A DNA stretch of 63,596 bases, the filler included, from Octopus bimaculoides (lineage: Eukaryota): NCBI RefSeq assembly GCF_001194135.2. It is 8 parts of 5 records of this genome, joined end to end, with 100 filler letters (N's around TTAATTAATTAA, not from the genome) between each part and the next. Parts side by side here need not be neighbours in the genome. Positions count along the whole stretch, not along the records: positions 16,821 to 42,732 come from NC_069004.1; 7 more parts are not named here. One strand, written 5' to 3'. Position 1 is the stretch's first letter. Each line of letters begins with the position of its first letter. A program made the translations under genes and the position numbers. Shown here one piece after another: positions 25,161 through 37,465 of the stretch. Under the pieces are notes generated by a model. The model was not told the DNA's origin. It made no database searches and was given only the letters and a program-made list of their open reading frames with translations.

Positions 25161-25468
25161 ATTATTAACACATGCATGCAACTATCACATGACCTTAACA
25201 CAGATGTAGCAGAAAATTGATAATTCCCTTACCTCACCACATGACCATCCCCCACCGATCAGTCTCTATGTTTACTGATAGCAATCTGAGCCACTTTCTA
25301 TAAAAGCAAACTACCACTTGTTTGGATTAGTTAGGATTTTCCTGTGTCTGTCTACCTATCTCTCTCTCTCTCTTTATATATATATATATATATATATAAT
25401 TTGAGTGGAGGCAATACAAGCGGAAAACTAGAGGGACATGACCTATTATCTAGCTAATCGGACATTTA

Positions 25469-25920
25469 AAATGTCCGATTAGTGGAAATTGTTGCCAAAA
25501 TATTGTAATCTATAAATGTAGTGTACAAATCCATAATGGCCAAAGGAGAATATATATTGGTAGCTCGATGGACTTCTAGCAAAGGTATAGAAGCCACCTT
25601 AGTTTCTTTAAGAATCCAAAATATAGGACATCCACCACATTAGCAGCATTCATAAATGACCTTAGAGAAAGAAGTGTAGAGTTCAAATTATCTTGGTCCA
25701 TCCTGGCTCATGCCACTCCATTTAGAAATGGATCCACTAAATGTGGATTATGCATCAGGGAGCCATACTTTATTTTGAAAGATTTTAATCATGCTATGTT
25801 GAATAAATTTACTGATGCAATTCCGGCTTGCACGCATAAGATCAACTCGACGTTTTTGTGGAAGTTTAAAAATAAGAATAAAAATAATAATAATAAGAGT
25901 ATTAATAATGAAAAGTTGTA
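25469..25920 (+). mobile_element. Penelope-like element, GIY-YIG endonuclease C-terminal region
   Basis: KCPISGNCCQNIVIYKCSV...RRIYIGSSMDF*QRYRSHLSFF...STTLAAFINDL...LSWSIL..A.PF...KCGLCIRE.YFIL...LNK...ACTH: VIY/YIG motifs and the terminal CxxC...CxH pattern, with one in-frame stop. Confidence 0.85.
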
Positions 25921-26328
25921 ATATGAACTTGAAGTAAGGATTAAAATAATAATTTAAAATCTAAAATTTAAAATTTGTAATATAAAATTTAAAATATAAT
26001 TCAAAATTATACTATAATTAATGAAGTAAATACTAGTAGATATTATATTACGTAACAACGATGTAATTGGTATGACTTGAACTAGGGAGGGCTAGTTTTG
26101 GATAAGCATGGGAATGGAATTAAAAATACAATAAAAATACTATAATGGACTGGTCTGAATGAGACTTTGTACAGGCCTTTAACTGGATATACTGATTTAT
26201 CCTAATGGGTTAATATGCATAACTATTATATAAAGGGAATAACTATAATGTCAAAGATTTTTCGAACTTGTTGGAATGTGTTTATGTGAGTTGTCCTATT
26301 TTGTATTGTCTTCACGGTGTCTTTCGTG

Positions 26329-26432
26329 TTGTGGAGCATCCTGATGAGGGGAGTGTCTGGTTCTTTTAAAATATGAAATTCATGTCATTAACGTCGATAT
26401 TATATAAGACATGGTGAATTATAAATGCACAC
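26329..26432 (+). ncRNA. Degenerate type I hammerhead in the probable 3' region of the Penelope-like element
   Basis: CTGATGA 26341-47, GAAA 26375-78, helix III attc-atgtc/gacat-(ggt)-gaat, partial helix I gcat/atgc. Helix II is weak. Confidence 0.35.
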
Positions 26433-27149
26433 GATATACTATAGAGGAATAAAAATTTAGAGGTCACAATACAAGCATATAGAATATTTAAAAACATTTA
26501 GATATATCGAGTTTGAAGTCTCTGTCTCTTTTGAATATGCAAATTTAAAAGTTAAAAACCTTGTAATATAAATATAAACTGTGAGAGCGACCCTTAAGGA
26601 ATCTAGTTAATTATCCCCTAAGGTAAGTTCTTATGCTATATTGGTAACGGCTGCTACATCCTCTGGAAAATTATATATATATATATATATAAAATTGCAT
26701 ACACAAAATCATATCAAAAGAAAGCCCATGTTTAAAGTATTTTTGAAAGGTACTGCTTAAAAAAGAGCTACTTCAAACATGATATGATAAGAAAGAGAAC
26801 CCCATTAAATCTAGGGCATGGTGGGGATAGTTTGTAGAGCACCCCAAGTTAAAAGGGCCTAAGTAGATTCAGTGGCACTGTTCAATTTAATCTAATAGCT
26901 GTTTAAATCTAAAAGAGCTCAATTAATCAAAAGAGGGTACAGTAATTTTAATAGAAGACCATTAGATTAAAAAGAAAAAATTTAGCAATTAAAAAAAGAA
27001 TCCCTAATTATTTATTTGATTGCTGTAAATATGAGATATGTAGAAAAGATTTTGGTAGAAACTCCATATGGTGAACATCATGTAGGCTATGGACACATAA
27101 GAGGTGCAGTGGTATCACAGGAAGGTTGACAGAACAAATAGTCTTTGTA

Positions 27150-27940
27150 TGTAACAGGTGTTCAGGTACATTAAACTGAGGACATGTGAAGGCATGCAAG
27201 ACATGAAGTCAGCATGTTCCACTGGGTGGGTAATGACAGTGTGAGTGATTTTAGAGAAAAAATTGGGTATAAGAGGCATCAGTTGTTGTGTGCAAGAGAG
27301 AAAACTGCGCTGATATGGATGAGGACAGCTGCATCAAGAAGTGCTGATCTCTAATTGTGGAGGGAATGTGTAGAAGGGATAGACCCAGGAAGATGTATGG
27401 CAAAATAAGGAGATAAGATCTTAAATATAGAACTGTAAGATCTTCAGACATTGCGCTTTGCAGAGGAGATAATAGGACTTCTGGTACTTTGCTTTGCTTG
27501 AGAAGACATGTCAAGCTAAGTAAAACAACTACCATCCATACATACAGGCATGTCCTCTATAGTCCTCGACTGGGAGGTCCTAGTCATGTGGGCTCAAGGG
27601 TGCTAGTGTCACATAAAAGCACCAGTGCCACATAAAAAGTACCTGTGGTGGTACCTTGTGAAAGCACCCATGCTGGTGCCATGTAAAAGCACCTGTGCTG
27701 GTGTTACATAAAAGCACCTGTGCCAGTTCCATGTAAAAGTTTCTGTGCCGGTTCCATATATTATTACCTGTGCCAGCGTCACATGAAAGTACCTGTGCTG
27801 GTTCCACATTAAAAGCACCCGGTACACTCTGTAAAGTGGTTGGCATTAGGAAGGGTATCCAGCAATAGAAACCATGCCAAAACAGACAAATGGCCAACTC
27901 TTGTCAGACCATCCAACTGACGTTAAAAGAGAATGATGTG
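27150..27940 (+). mobile_element. Decayed RTE 3' end: ORF2 terminus plus 3' UTR minisatellite
   Basis: REKLGIRGISCCVQERKLR...MDEDSCIKKC*SLIVEG...RPRK, then about 10 copies of a ~22-bp taaaagcacctgtgctggtgcca(c/t) unit (27605-27822) and the RTE tail. Confidence 0.75.
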
Positions 27941-28324
27941 GGGCGGGGGGTAGTTATTTGTAGTGGTTTGTCAATTAGCTTGTCAAGAAGCATTGAATTA
28001 CAAATTATGGAGATGTAAACGTTGGTGTAGTGAGGAGTGAACAAAGTATATAAAGAATATATAGCAAGTAGTTTGCATCTACATCAAGAGAGAGAGAGAG
28101 GGGGTGTAGAACTATCTCAAACCAAATAGATAATAAATAGATAGATTGTCAAGGTCTTAGAATCAGGTCAGGCTCTCTAGTTCTTGAAAAGGGGTGGGGA
28201 GAGCGGATGGAAATGTAAACAAGATATATAAAATGAATGCACAAAATGAGTGGAAGTTGACAAATATATAAACAAGATGTTAGTGAAACAATGGGTTGTT
28301 AGTGATTATAATTACTTGTGTCAT

Positions 28325-28560
28325 CAAAGGCAGTGAGCTGGTAAAATTGTTATCATGCCAAACAAAATGCTTGGCAGTTGTTTCCTCCAGTTTAATATGT
28401 CCTGAGTTCAAATTCCACTGAGGTCGACTTCGTCTTTTGTCCTTTTGGAGGGGGCCACTGAAATAAGTACCAGTTGAGCACTGTGGTCAATGTAATTGAC
28501 TAACCGAGCCCTGTTCCTCCAAAATTTCAGGTCTTGTGCCTATTGTAGAAAGGATTATTA
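28325..28560 (+). mobile_element. SINE family A copy
   Basis: aaggcagtgagctgg...gagttcaaattcc...gaggtcgactt...aagtaccagttgagc. Confidence 0.8.
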
Positions 28561-29624
28561 CCAATATCTTCATCATTCTCATCATTGCTCTCCTCATTCT
28601 CATCATCATCATCATCATTATCATCATCATTCAGTGAAAAATATTGAACCTTAAGACTGAGAGTGGTTGTGTAATTTAAATTCAATGGCAAACCTGGTTT
28701 ATGGGTAAAAAGTTTAAAGTTTAAATTACTCTTTTACTCTTTTAATCGAGCACATCGACCCCAGGACTTATTCTTTGTAAGCTTAGTACTTATTCTATCG
28801 GTCTCTTTTGTTGAACCGTTAAGTTACGAGCATGTAAACACACCAACATCGGTTGTCAAGCGATGTTGGGGGGGAACAAACACAGACACAAACATATACA
28901 CAAATCAAAACTTTACATGGACACTTAAAATAACACCGTAGACGCCCAATTTGCTTTTATTTTTAAACTGGTTTCAGTCATTAGACTGCGACCAAATTGA
29001 AATTAGTAAATGGAAACTGTGTGGAAATTTGCCCCCCCCCACACACATACATACATACATGTATGTATATATATGTATATATATATATATATATTTGTTT
29101 TTTTACTTGTTTCAGTCATTAGACTGCGACCATGCTGGGGCACTGCTTTGAAGAAATTTTAGTTGAATAAATTGACCCCCAGTATTTTTTTAAGACTGAT
29201 ATTGTCTCTATTGCCAAACTGCTGAGTTACATGGATGTAAACACACCAAAACTGGTTGTCAAGTGGTGGTGTATGTGTGTGTGTGTTGGGGGGACAAACT
29301 CAGGCATAAAGACGCACACACACAATGAGTTTCTTTCTGTTTCTCCCTACCAAATTCACTCACAAGGTGTCACACAGTGGGACTGAACCCAGAACCATGT
29401 GGTTAGGAAGCAGTGTATGTGTTTATATATAGTCAATTCAAATAGATGAATAATAAAATTAACAGACAACAAGAGGACATGCATAAGGAATGTATTAACG
29501 TGATTCTCAGGAAAAAAAGAGAGTTTTTGACATTTTGAGCATAGCTCTTTGTCAGAAAGGAGAAAGGAAAAAGTTCAAAGAAGGAAAAGAAATCACCAGC
29601 TGCATATGCGTAGTTACATTGCCG

Positions 29625-29699
<75 letters not shown>

Positions 29700-30699
29700 C
29701 AGCCAAACAAGACTGAAAATAAGTACTGGAATTGATTTAATCAACCGAAGGCAGTGTCCCAGCATGGTTATAGTCCAGTGACAAACAATTAAAAGAATAA
29801 AGTTTAACTGCAAACATCATCATCATCATCCTCATTATCGTCATTACCATCATCATCATCAAGTGAATAATTTGCTTGGACTATTAGATTAAGTACCATG
29901 CCAATGAATTTAAAGTTAATGAGAAACGGGTAAAAAAAAAATCGTTATAGAAATTAAATCAAGGTTTTGTTTTTCCTTGAGATAATAATATCAAAGAAAT
30001 AAAAGAGTTTTAAATATTAAATTAAAACATTAAAACAGCCAAATAAATTGTGAGCTGAATTTAAATTACTCGGGTTTTTACAAAGAAACAAAGAAAAAAG
30101 GAATATATTTTCCTTAGAGCTAAAAAAGAAAGAGAAAAGAATTTATCATCAACATCATCATCATTGTCATCTTTAATGTTCCTTTTTCCATGCTGACATC
30201 GGTTGGATGGTTTGACATGCATTTACAAACTAGAGTGCTGTGCTGACCTGCTCTGTCTGTTTTGGCATGCTTTCTGGAGTTGGATGGTCTTCCTGGTACC
30301 AACCACTTCAAAAGGTAGCAAAACTTATACCATCATCATTATCATTACAGCCACTTTTTCTGCACTGGCAGCTGGGGCAGAAGAGATTTTTGGACTCAGT
30401 ATTTTATGGTTGGATACCCTTCTTGATGCCAACCCTTGTTTTTTTCAAAGAAGGTATTTTATTTCATCAGTCTTTGTATATCAAATTGCTGACATGCTTA
30501 AGTCGGACATAAACATCATCATCATTGTACAAGCAAATGCAGCGTGTACAGGTACACACTGCATTTGCTTGTACAATGATGATGAACATATATATGTATC
30601 AACTTAACTCCTCCTGGGAAAAAAGTATGAAAACTGCACCCCTTTACCCAGCCATATCAAGTCAGTGTATCAGAGTAGGCTCATCATACCAGTATAATC

Positions 30700-31190
30700 T
30701 CAAGCTCAAATTCACAGCCTCTATATCAGACCATGGTTGGTGGAGAGAACACACCGAGACCTTCATCTTGCAATGAACTGAACGTAGGCATGTATGAATG
30801 TATGTATTGCTTGCTTGCTTGCTTTTTTGTATGTCTGGAATGCTCATATATTCTTAAATGATAAACTTCAGGAAAGTTTTACAGATTTTTACAGTTCCAG
30901 TGATGGCTTGCATCTGTAGTCTCCGAATTAGCTTTCACCTTTCTGTTTTTGAGAAGCCTAATTTCTCAAGATTGGTACTTAGGTAGTGTGTTACATATCC
31001 CAGTGCCCCAATAATTACAGGTATAAACCTGAACTTGTAATCTAGGTGGAGTAACTGTAGATTTTTCAGTAGTTCAGTGTAAGTATTTTCTTTTTCGCTC
31101 ATCTTTAGCTTTATGTTAACATATCCTGGGCAGCTTACTTCCACAACTGTACACAGTTCCTTTTCAGAAAACATTAATCTTGAAGCAAAT
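30700..31190 (-). mobile_element. RLE-type LINE 3' end
   Basis: CTVVEVSCPGYVNIKLKMSEKENTY..LL.NLQLL..YKFRFIPVIIGALG...LQMQAITGTVKICKTFLKFII*. Confidence 0.75.
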
Positions 31191-31329
31191 AAAGCTATGA
31201 TGAATAGTAGCTTGTAAATATTGAGTTGGAAAACCCTTTTTTGTTCAGCTAACTAACTTTACCGTGTTCCGTCAGCTGTTATTTTTGCACATCCATTTTG
31301 TATAATGTTGACTGTCTTCAGATCATCTT

Positions 31330-31545
31330 GATGGGATGCTGAAAAGTTCCTGGCTTTGAGTAAAAGAAAATACAGGAGGATCAGTTAATTATGATTTTAT
31401 TCAGCATATTCCATCTCAGATTCACACACTTATTGCAGTGGTCCTTCAGTTTTTCTAAGCCTTATAAATGAACTTGGAAGGTTGGATTTCAAACCAGGCT
31501 TTTCACGATACCCTTAAAACAAGGAACTTTTCCACACCTTCATGT
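31330..31545. mobile_element. Mariner-derived MITE
   Basis: Inverted termini gggatgctgaaaagttcctggcttt (~31333-57) and aaaacaaggaacttttccacacc (31516-38). Confidence 0.65.
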
Positions 31546-31848
31546 ACAAGAGATTGTGACAGAGTGCCAATTCCATTTTGGTAATTTTGAATTGCTGGAA
31601 GCTGGGTAAGAAGTCTGGAATGCAAACTGAAAGATGGGTGCAAAGTTCAAATCTGCTTCTGTGTTTTGTTGTGTGTTTGGCCAAAACAATGCTGTCTGTT
31701 CTGCGTTGCCTCCTTTTAACTCTCATTGCTGTCAGTAATGATAGATCAAATAATCTAATTATTACAATACCCTTTTGATACCAACCTGCCTGTGATAACC
31801 CCCTAGTTCTATAATACAAACACCCTGTTTTTAAATGATCTTAATTAA

Positions 31849-32067
31849 CCCTTTAGTGTTCAGATTATTCTATCAAACATAATATGCTTATTGATTCACA
31901 TTGATTTGAATTAATCATGCATTATCTCATCTTCAAGATCTTGATGGTGTAATTACTTAATGTAGAATAACATAGTAGGGTAGGTGTGAGAGCCTGGATC
32001 TGGTCAGTTTGAACATAAAACAGATTAAATATTTTAGCCGGATATGGCCGGTTCAAATACTAAAGGG
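31849..32067. mobile_element. piggyBac-type MITE
   Basis: TTAA at 31845-48 and 32068-71 flanking TIRs ccctttagt / actaaaggg. Confidence 0.8.
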
Positions 32068-32161
32068 TTAAAAACCTTCCATCAAAATTTCATGTTAATT
32101 TGTTTCAAACACAGGCTTAATACGAGGCAGCAATGCAAAGCAGTGATGTGTATAAATGCAA

Positions 32162-32657
32162 GTTCAAATATGCTTGGGGCATATCCAAACCTGTAAGAAA
32201 GCCAGTCACTGTGTTTTATTTATCTCCACTTAAACGTAGATGCACTATACAAACCTTACAAGATCGAAACCACATGATCTGGTGGTCTTAGCACTGATGA
32301 TAGCAAAGGATTTATCTCCCTGCTAGTGATTTATAAAAGAGTGTATTTTGCACCAAAAAGCCAATGTGAGAGTGTCATGGTAACTATTGCATCCAAGTTG
32401 TGGGTATTTTCAAGTGCTGTTGATCTGCTAAATGGAATAAATATTACCTCTCGATATTAATACTGCTTCTGTTTCTAATATATATATATGTTCACTGTTT
32501 TATCATGGAGAATATTTTTTGTTATAGACAAATAGTGTGACAAACTGATTTTGGTGTAGTTACATCATTTGTCTGCAGCGAGAAATTTTCTCCATGGCAA
32601 AACACAGTGAATGGCTTTGTTATGGGTTCAAATATGCTTCAAGCATATTTGAACTGG
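32162..32657. mobile_element. MITE with ~55-bp TIRs
   Basis: gttcaaatatgcttggggcatatccaaacctgtaagaaagccagtcactgtgtttt versus the reverse of aaaacacagtgaatggctttgttatgggttcaaatatgcttcaagcatatttgaac. TA follows the right end. Confidence 0.7.
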
Positions 32658-32929
32658 TAAAAACATTTTATTTACTGGCTTAATAATTCTTTCTACTATA
32701 GGATCAAGGCCTGACATTTTGGGGGGACGGGGCTAGTTGATAACATCAACCCCAAAGTTCAGCTGGCCCTTATTTTACCAGCCCCAAAGGGTGGGAGGGG
32801 AAAGTTGATCTCAGTGAAATTTTGAATGTAATGATGATCAAAATTCTTCATTATTTTCAAAATTAGATTAAACAAAACTAATATGTTCTGAAAGAACATG
32901 GTAATAAAAGGAGCAGAGAGTTCAGTCTC

Positions 32930-33850
32930 TCTGGACATGGTGGACATTCACCTCTCTCACCAACAATCACCTACAAGGATCCCTCACCATCACCACTCCT
33001 ACTACCGTTATTGTCGCTGCCACTTCTACCATGATATTTCAGAATGGCAGATGTCAAGATGGAACCATTTACAGCACACATTAACCAATATTGCTAGGGA
33101 TTTTTGTGGTCACTGCTGGTCAGTGGCTGCAGTTCTTGTTGGCTTTGTGGTTGGGATTTGTTGACAAGGGAACAGCAGTAGCAATAGTAGTAGTGGTGGT
33201 GGTGATTGTAGTAGTAGTAGTAATAGTAGTAGTAGTAGTAGCCATTGTTACAACAATGATGATGATTATGATGACAATAAAGCATAATGATGGTATAAAG
33301 GTGGCAACAAGAAAGCAGGGGAATGATGATGATGATGATGATGATGAAGAAGAGCACTGATGGTTTGAAGGTGACAACATGGAAGCTGGTGGTGGTGGCG
33401 ATGGTGATTTTGATGATCATGCTGCTGCTGATGATGATGATGATGTTGGTTATAACTGTGCAGGTGTTGATAATGAGAGTCATAAAGATAGGTAAAGACA
33501 ACCATGACAAAGACATTGAGGATAAAAGTAGGGGTGATGGTGGTGGCGGCGGTGGTTGTGGTGGTGGTGGTGGTGGTAGCAGTGACAATAACTGTAATGA
33601 GGATTTTGATGTTGACAGTGGCATAATGATAATTATGATGACGATGATGATCATGATGATGATGGTAGTTGGTGGTGGTGGTGGTGGTGGTAGTGGCGAC
33701 TGTGAAAAGACAGTGCGATAGTCATTATCTTCCATCAGTTGGGTAGGTTTATGTCGTTATCTCACAGGTCGCACATAAATATCAACCAAACTAAAGACAC
33801 CATAATAATAATAATAATAATAATAATGATGATGATGATGATGTTGTTTT
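32930..33850. repeat. Mixed trinucleotide low-complexity tract (GTA/GAT/GGT/AAT)
   Basis: Interleaved imperfect triplet runs. Confidence 0.85.
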
Positions 33851-34696
33851 ATCTAAAATAACTCTTTGCTTATGTTTGTTTATTTGTTCATCTTTGTTTT
33901 TTATTTTTGTCGTTTCTGTTTTCTGTTTACTTTTTTTTTTTTTCTGCTGATTTCATCGATAAGTAATAAGTCTATTTACACTGATGTGTCGGGGAAACAC
34001 TCATCCTCAGCCGACTGCACACTGCATAGTGTTTGCAGTGAGATGTTTTTAACTATCGTCATTGCACCTTACAACTTTTTCTTCAGCTTCGTTAAATAAT
34101 CTGTAATGAGACACACTCACGATTCCATTAACAACATAATTGCTTAACACCTTTATACTCAGTGTGAAGACACTGCAGCAGTAGTAGTAGTAGTAGTAGT
34201 AACAGCAGCAGTAGTAGTAGTAGTAGTAACAGCAGCAGTAGTAGTAGTTTCTTACATAGGCACAAAATCATAACATTGATAATAATTTTTTCTTATTTTG
34301 GCACAAGGCCAGCGATTTGAGGGGGAGTGGGCAAGTCAGTTATATTGAGCCCCAGTGCTCAACTGGTGCTTATTTTATCGACCCCAAAAGGATGACAGGC
34401 ACAGTCGACCTCAGTGGAATTTGAACTCGGATTGAAATATTGCTAAGCATTTAGTCAGGCGTGTTGATGATTTTGACAGTTCACTGCCTTTATAACAATC
34501 TTTTCTACTTCAGGCAGAAGGCCTGAAATGTAGGGGTGGAAGGGTGGACTAGTTGATTACATTGACCTCAGTGTTTTACTGGTACTTAATTTATCAACCC
34601 CGAAAGGATGAAAGATAAAGTCAACCTCGGCAGAAGTAAGTATTTCATCCGGGATGCTAACAATTCTACCAGCTCACCACCGTATATAACAACAAC

Positions 34697-34729
<33 letters not shown>

Positions 34730-35393
34730 CCTTTCTACTATAGGCATAAGGCCTGAAATTTGGGGGAAGGTAGTAAGTCAGTCCCATCAACCCCAGTATT
34801 TGACTGGTACTTAATTTATTGACCCTGAAAGGAGGAAAGGCAAAATTGACCTTAATGATTTTGAACTCAGATTGTGAAGACAAACAAAATGGTGCTAAAC
34901 ATTTTGCCCTGTGTGCAAATTATTCTTCCAGCTCACTGCTTTCTTTCTACAATAGGAATAGGGCCTGAAGTTTTGGGGGAGGGGCTACTCTATTACATCA
35001 ACCCTGGTATTTTATCCCCCCCCCCTCCGCCTCAAAGGACGGAAGGCAAAGTTGACCTTGGCAGAATGTGAACTCAGAAAGTAAAGATGGATGAAATGCT
35101 GCTAAGCATTTTGCTTGGTATGCTAACAATTCTGCCAGCTCGCTGCCTTGTATAGTAATAATAATAATAATAATAATAATCTTTTCTACTAAAGGCACAA
35201 GGCCTGGATTTTTGGGGGGAGGGGACTAGTCAATTACATCGACCCCAGTGTTTCACTGGTACTTAATTTATCCATCCCGAAAGGATGAAAGGCAAAGTCA
35301 GCTTTGGCAGAATTTGAACTCAAATCGTGCAGTCGGACGAAATGCCACTAAGCATTTTACCCGCCCTGCTAACAATTCTGCCAGCTTGCCACC

Positions 35394-35444
<51 letters not shown>

Positions 35445-35699
35445 TCAACATTTGACACAAGGGCAGTAAGTACAGTGGAGGGGTTAAGTCAAGTACATCA
35501 ACCCCAGTGCTCAACTGGTACTTATTTTATTGACCCTGAAAGGATGAAAGGCAAAGTTAGCATCAGTGGAATTTGAACTCAGAATGTAAAGACAGATGAA
35601 ATGCCATTTAGCCTTTTTCCCAGTGTGCTAATGATTCTGCCAGCTCACTGCGTTAATAACAAGTCACAGCTATTTCAAGATGTGTCAATCATTAACATT

Positions 35700-36040
35700 T
35701 CCCATACTAATAGCTACCACTGCCTACTAGGCACATCAGTCACCATCAATGTAAAGGAAGAACAAGCTAGACTGACCAAATGCTCAAAGAAGCCAAACTC
35801 TGTGGTGCTATTGGCAAAGGCAACAGAATTCCAACTACTGCTTAGCAACAGGTTTGAAGCCTTGGAACAACATCAAACGGACAATGATCTCAGCTCCTAT
35901 TCAGAGAAAATCATCATTACTATGATGGATACAGCTGTAATAATGGCTGGAAGTAATTAACCACCCAAAATGGACAAGTTTTCTGCAGAAACCAAACACC
36001 TCAGAGAGAAGCAACAGCAGATGTAGAGAAGTGGGACAAG
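35700..36040 (+). mobile_element. RTE LINE endonuclease-RT linker fragment
   Basis: INVKEEQARL.K...KATEFQLLLSNRFEALE...SEKII..MMDTA...DKFSAETKHLREK. Confidence 0.65.
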
Positions 36041-36320
36041 TAATAATAATGATAATAATAATTATGATGGTTCAAATTTTTCCACAAGGGCAGCCATTTT
36101 GGAGAGGAAGTGAGTTGATTACATTGATCCCAGTGTTTTACTGGTACTTAATTTATCAATCTTGAAAGGATGAACGGCAAAGTCAACCTCAGCAGAATTT
36201 GAACTTAGAACATAGTGACAAGCAAAATACCACTAAGCATTTAGCCCGGCATGCTAATGAGTCTACCAGCTCGCCGCCTTAATAATAATAATAATAATAA
36301 TAATAAAAATAATAATAATA

Positions 36321-36550
36321 GCAAGTAAAATGTATCCCAGTAGTTATAGGTGCATTAGGAACTATCCCTAAAGATGTGAACACATGGATAGAGGAAATAG
36401 GCACAAAAGCCTAGTTTAGTACAGCTCCTTTAAAAAACAGTGTTATTAGGGTCAGCTAGGATACTTAGGAGGGTTCTTGGCATCTAAGGTTACTTGTTGT
36501 AGCCTGAGGTTAGGAATTTTTCTTTTCCAACAGTCTAATTTATTGTGCTT

Positions 36551-36556
<6 letters not shown>
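36321..36556 (+). mobile_element. R4/Dong-like LINE 3' end within (TAA)n
   Basis: VKCIPVVIGALGTIPKDVNTWIEEIG...VLLGSARILRRVLGI*, flanked on both sides by (TAA)n. Confidence 0.8.
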
Positions 36557-36588
<32 letters not shown>

Positions 36589-37465
36589 CCTTTCTACTAT
36601 AGGCACAAGGCCTGAAAATTTGGTGGGAGGAGACTAGTCGATTACACCGACCCCAGTATTTTACTGGTACTCATTTCATCAATCCCAATAGGATGAAAGG
36701 CAAAGTCGATCTCAGTGGAATTTGAGCTCAGAACATAAGGGTAAATGAAATACTGCTAAGCATAACATACTATCAATTCTGCTAGCTCACTGCCTTAATA
36801 ATAATAATAATAATAATAATAATGATGATTTCAAAGTTTTGACACAGGGCCAGCAAATTTGGAGGGGTGGAAGGGAAAAGTTGATTACATTAACCCCAAT
36901 GCTCAACTGATACTTATTTTATCGACCCTGAAAGGATAAAAGGCAAAGTCAACCTTGGCAGAATTTGAACTCAGAATGTAAATAATAGTAATCAAAATAA
37001 TACTGATTGGAGGTGTTATCTTGTACATGTTTTGTCTTGGTATAAAAGATGGGCTACAGCAAATATTCTGCTCAACACCACAGATTTGCTTGTCAGTTGC
37101 TTGACTTTAACTAGTTGAGCATGTTCCTTAGTGGCTGACAATATGTGCATCTCTGTTCACAAGCAGAAATAGTAGGGGAGCTATGTGTTGAGAGTAATTC
37201 TTTGGGGTTTGAATAAGTCACCTCTGCAAGGTCCTTTACAGGTGTCTGTGCTACATAAAATCCGCTCATACCAGTGTTGTGTAAATGCACCCATGCCAGT
37301 GGTACATAAGAAGCAGCCAGCACATTTTGTAGACTAGTTGGCATTAGGAAGGGCATCCAACCATAGAAACCAGGCCACAACAAATATCTGGGGCCCGGAC
37401 AGTTCCCCAACAAGCCAGCTCCAAGTCAGACTGTGCAACTCATGCCTGCATGGAATATGTATGTA

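Larger units (their letters stand above)
34290..36990 (-). mobile_element. Head-to-tail array of nine family A SINE copies separated by (TAA)n
   Basis: Copies at ~34290, 34498, 34729, 34940, 35180, 35446, 36066, 36588 and 36828, all in the same orientation. Confidence 0.85.

Noticed and set aside
26585-26990. Mitochondrial 16S rRNA insertion (NUMT)
   Set aside because: Only short words match, on mixed strands and out of order; not supportable as rRNA.
32261-32304. Type II-like hammerhead order: GAAA-ccac...gtgg-TC, then CTGATGA
   Set aside because: Helix III is good (5 bp), but helices I and II cannot form.
33094-33735. 213-aa poly-P/I/S/Y/H ORF and overlapping ORFs
   Set aside because: Mixed triplet repeats open in several frames, with no splice signals or domain.
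34290-36990. CRISPR-like repeat-spacer array
   Set aside because: Units are ~210-bp diverged SINEs separated by microsatellite, in a eukaryotic context with no cas genes.
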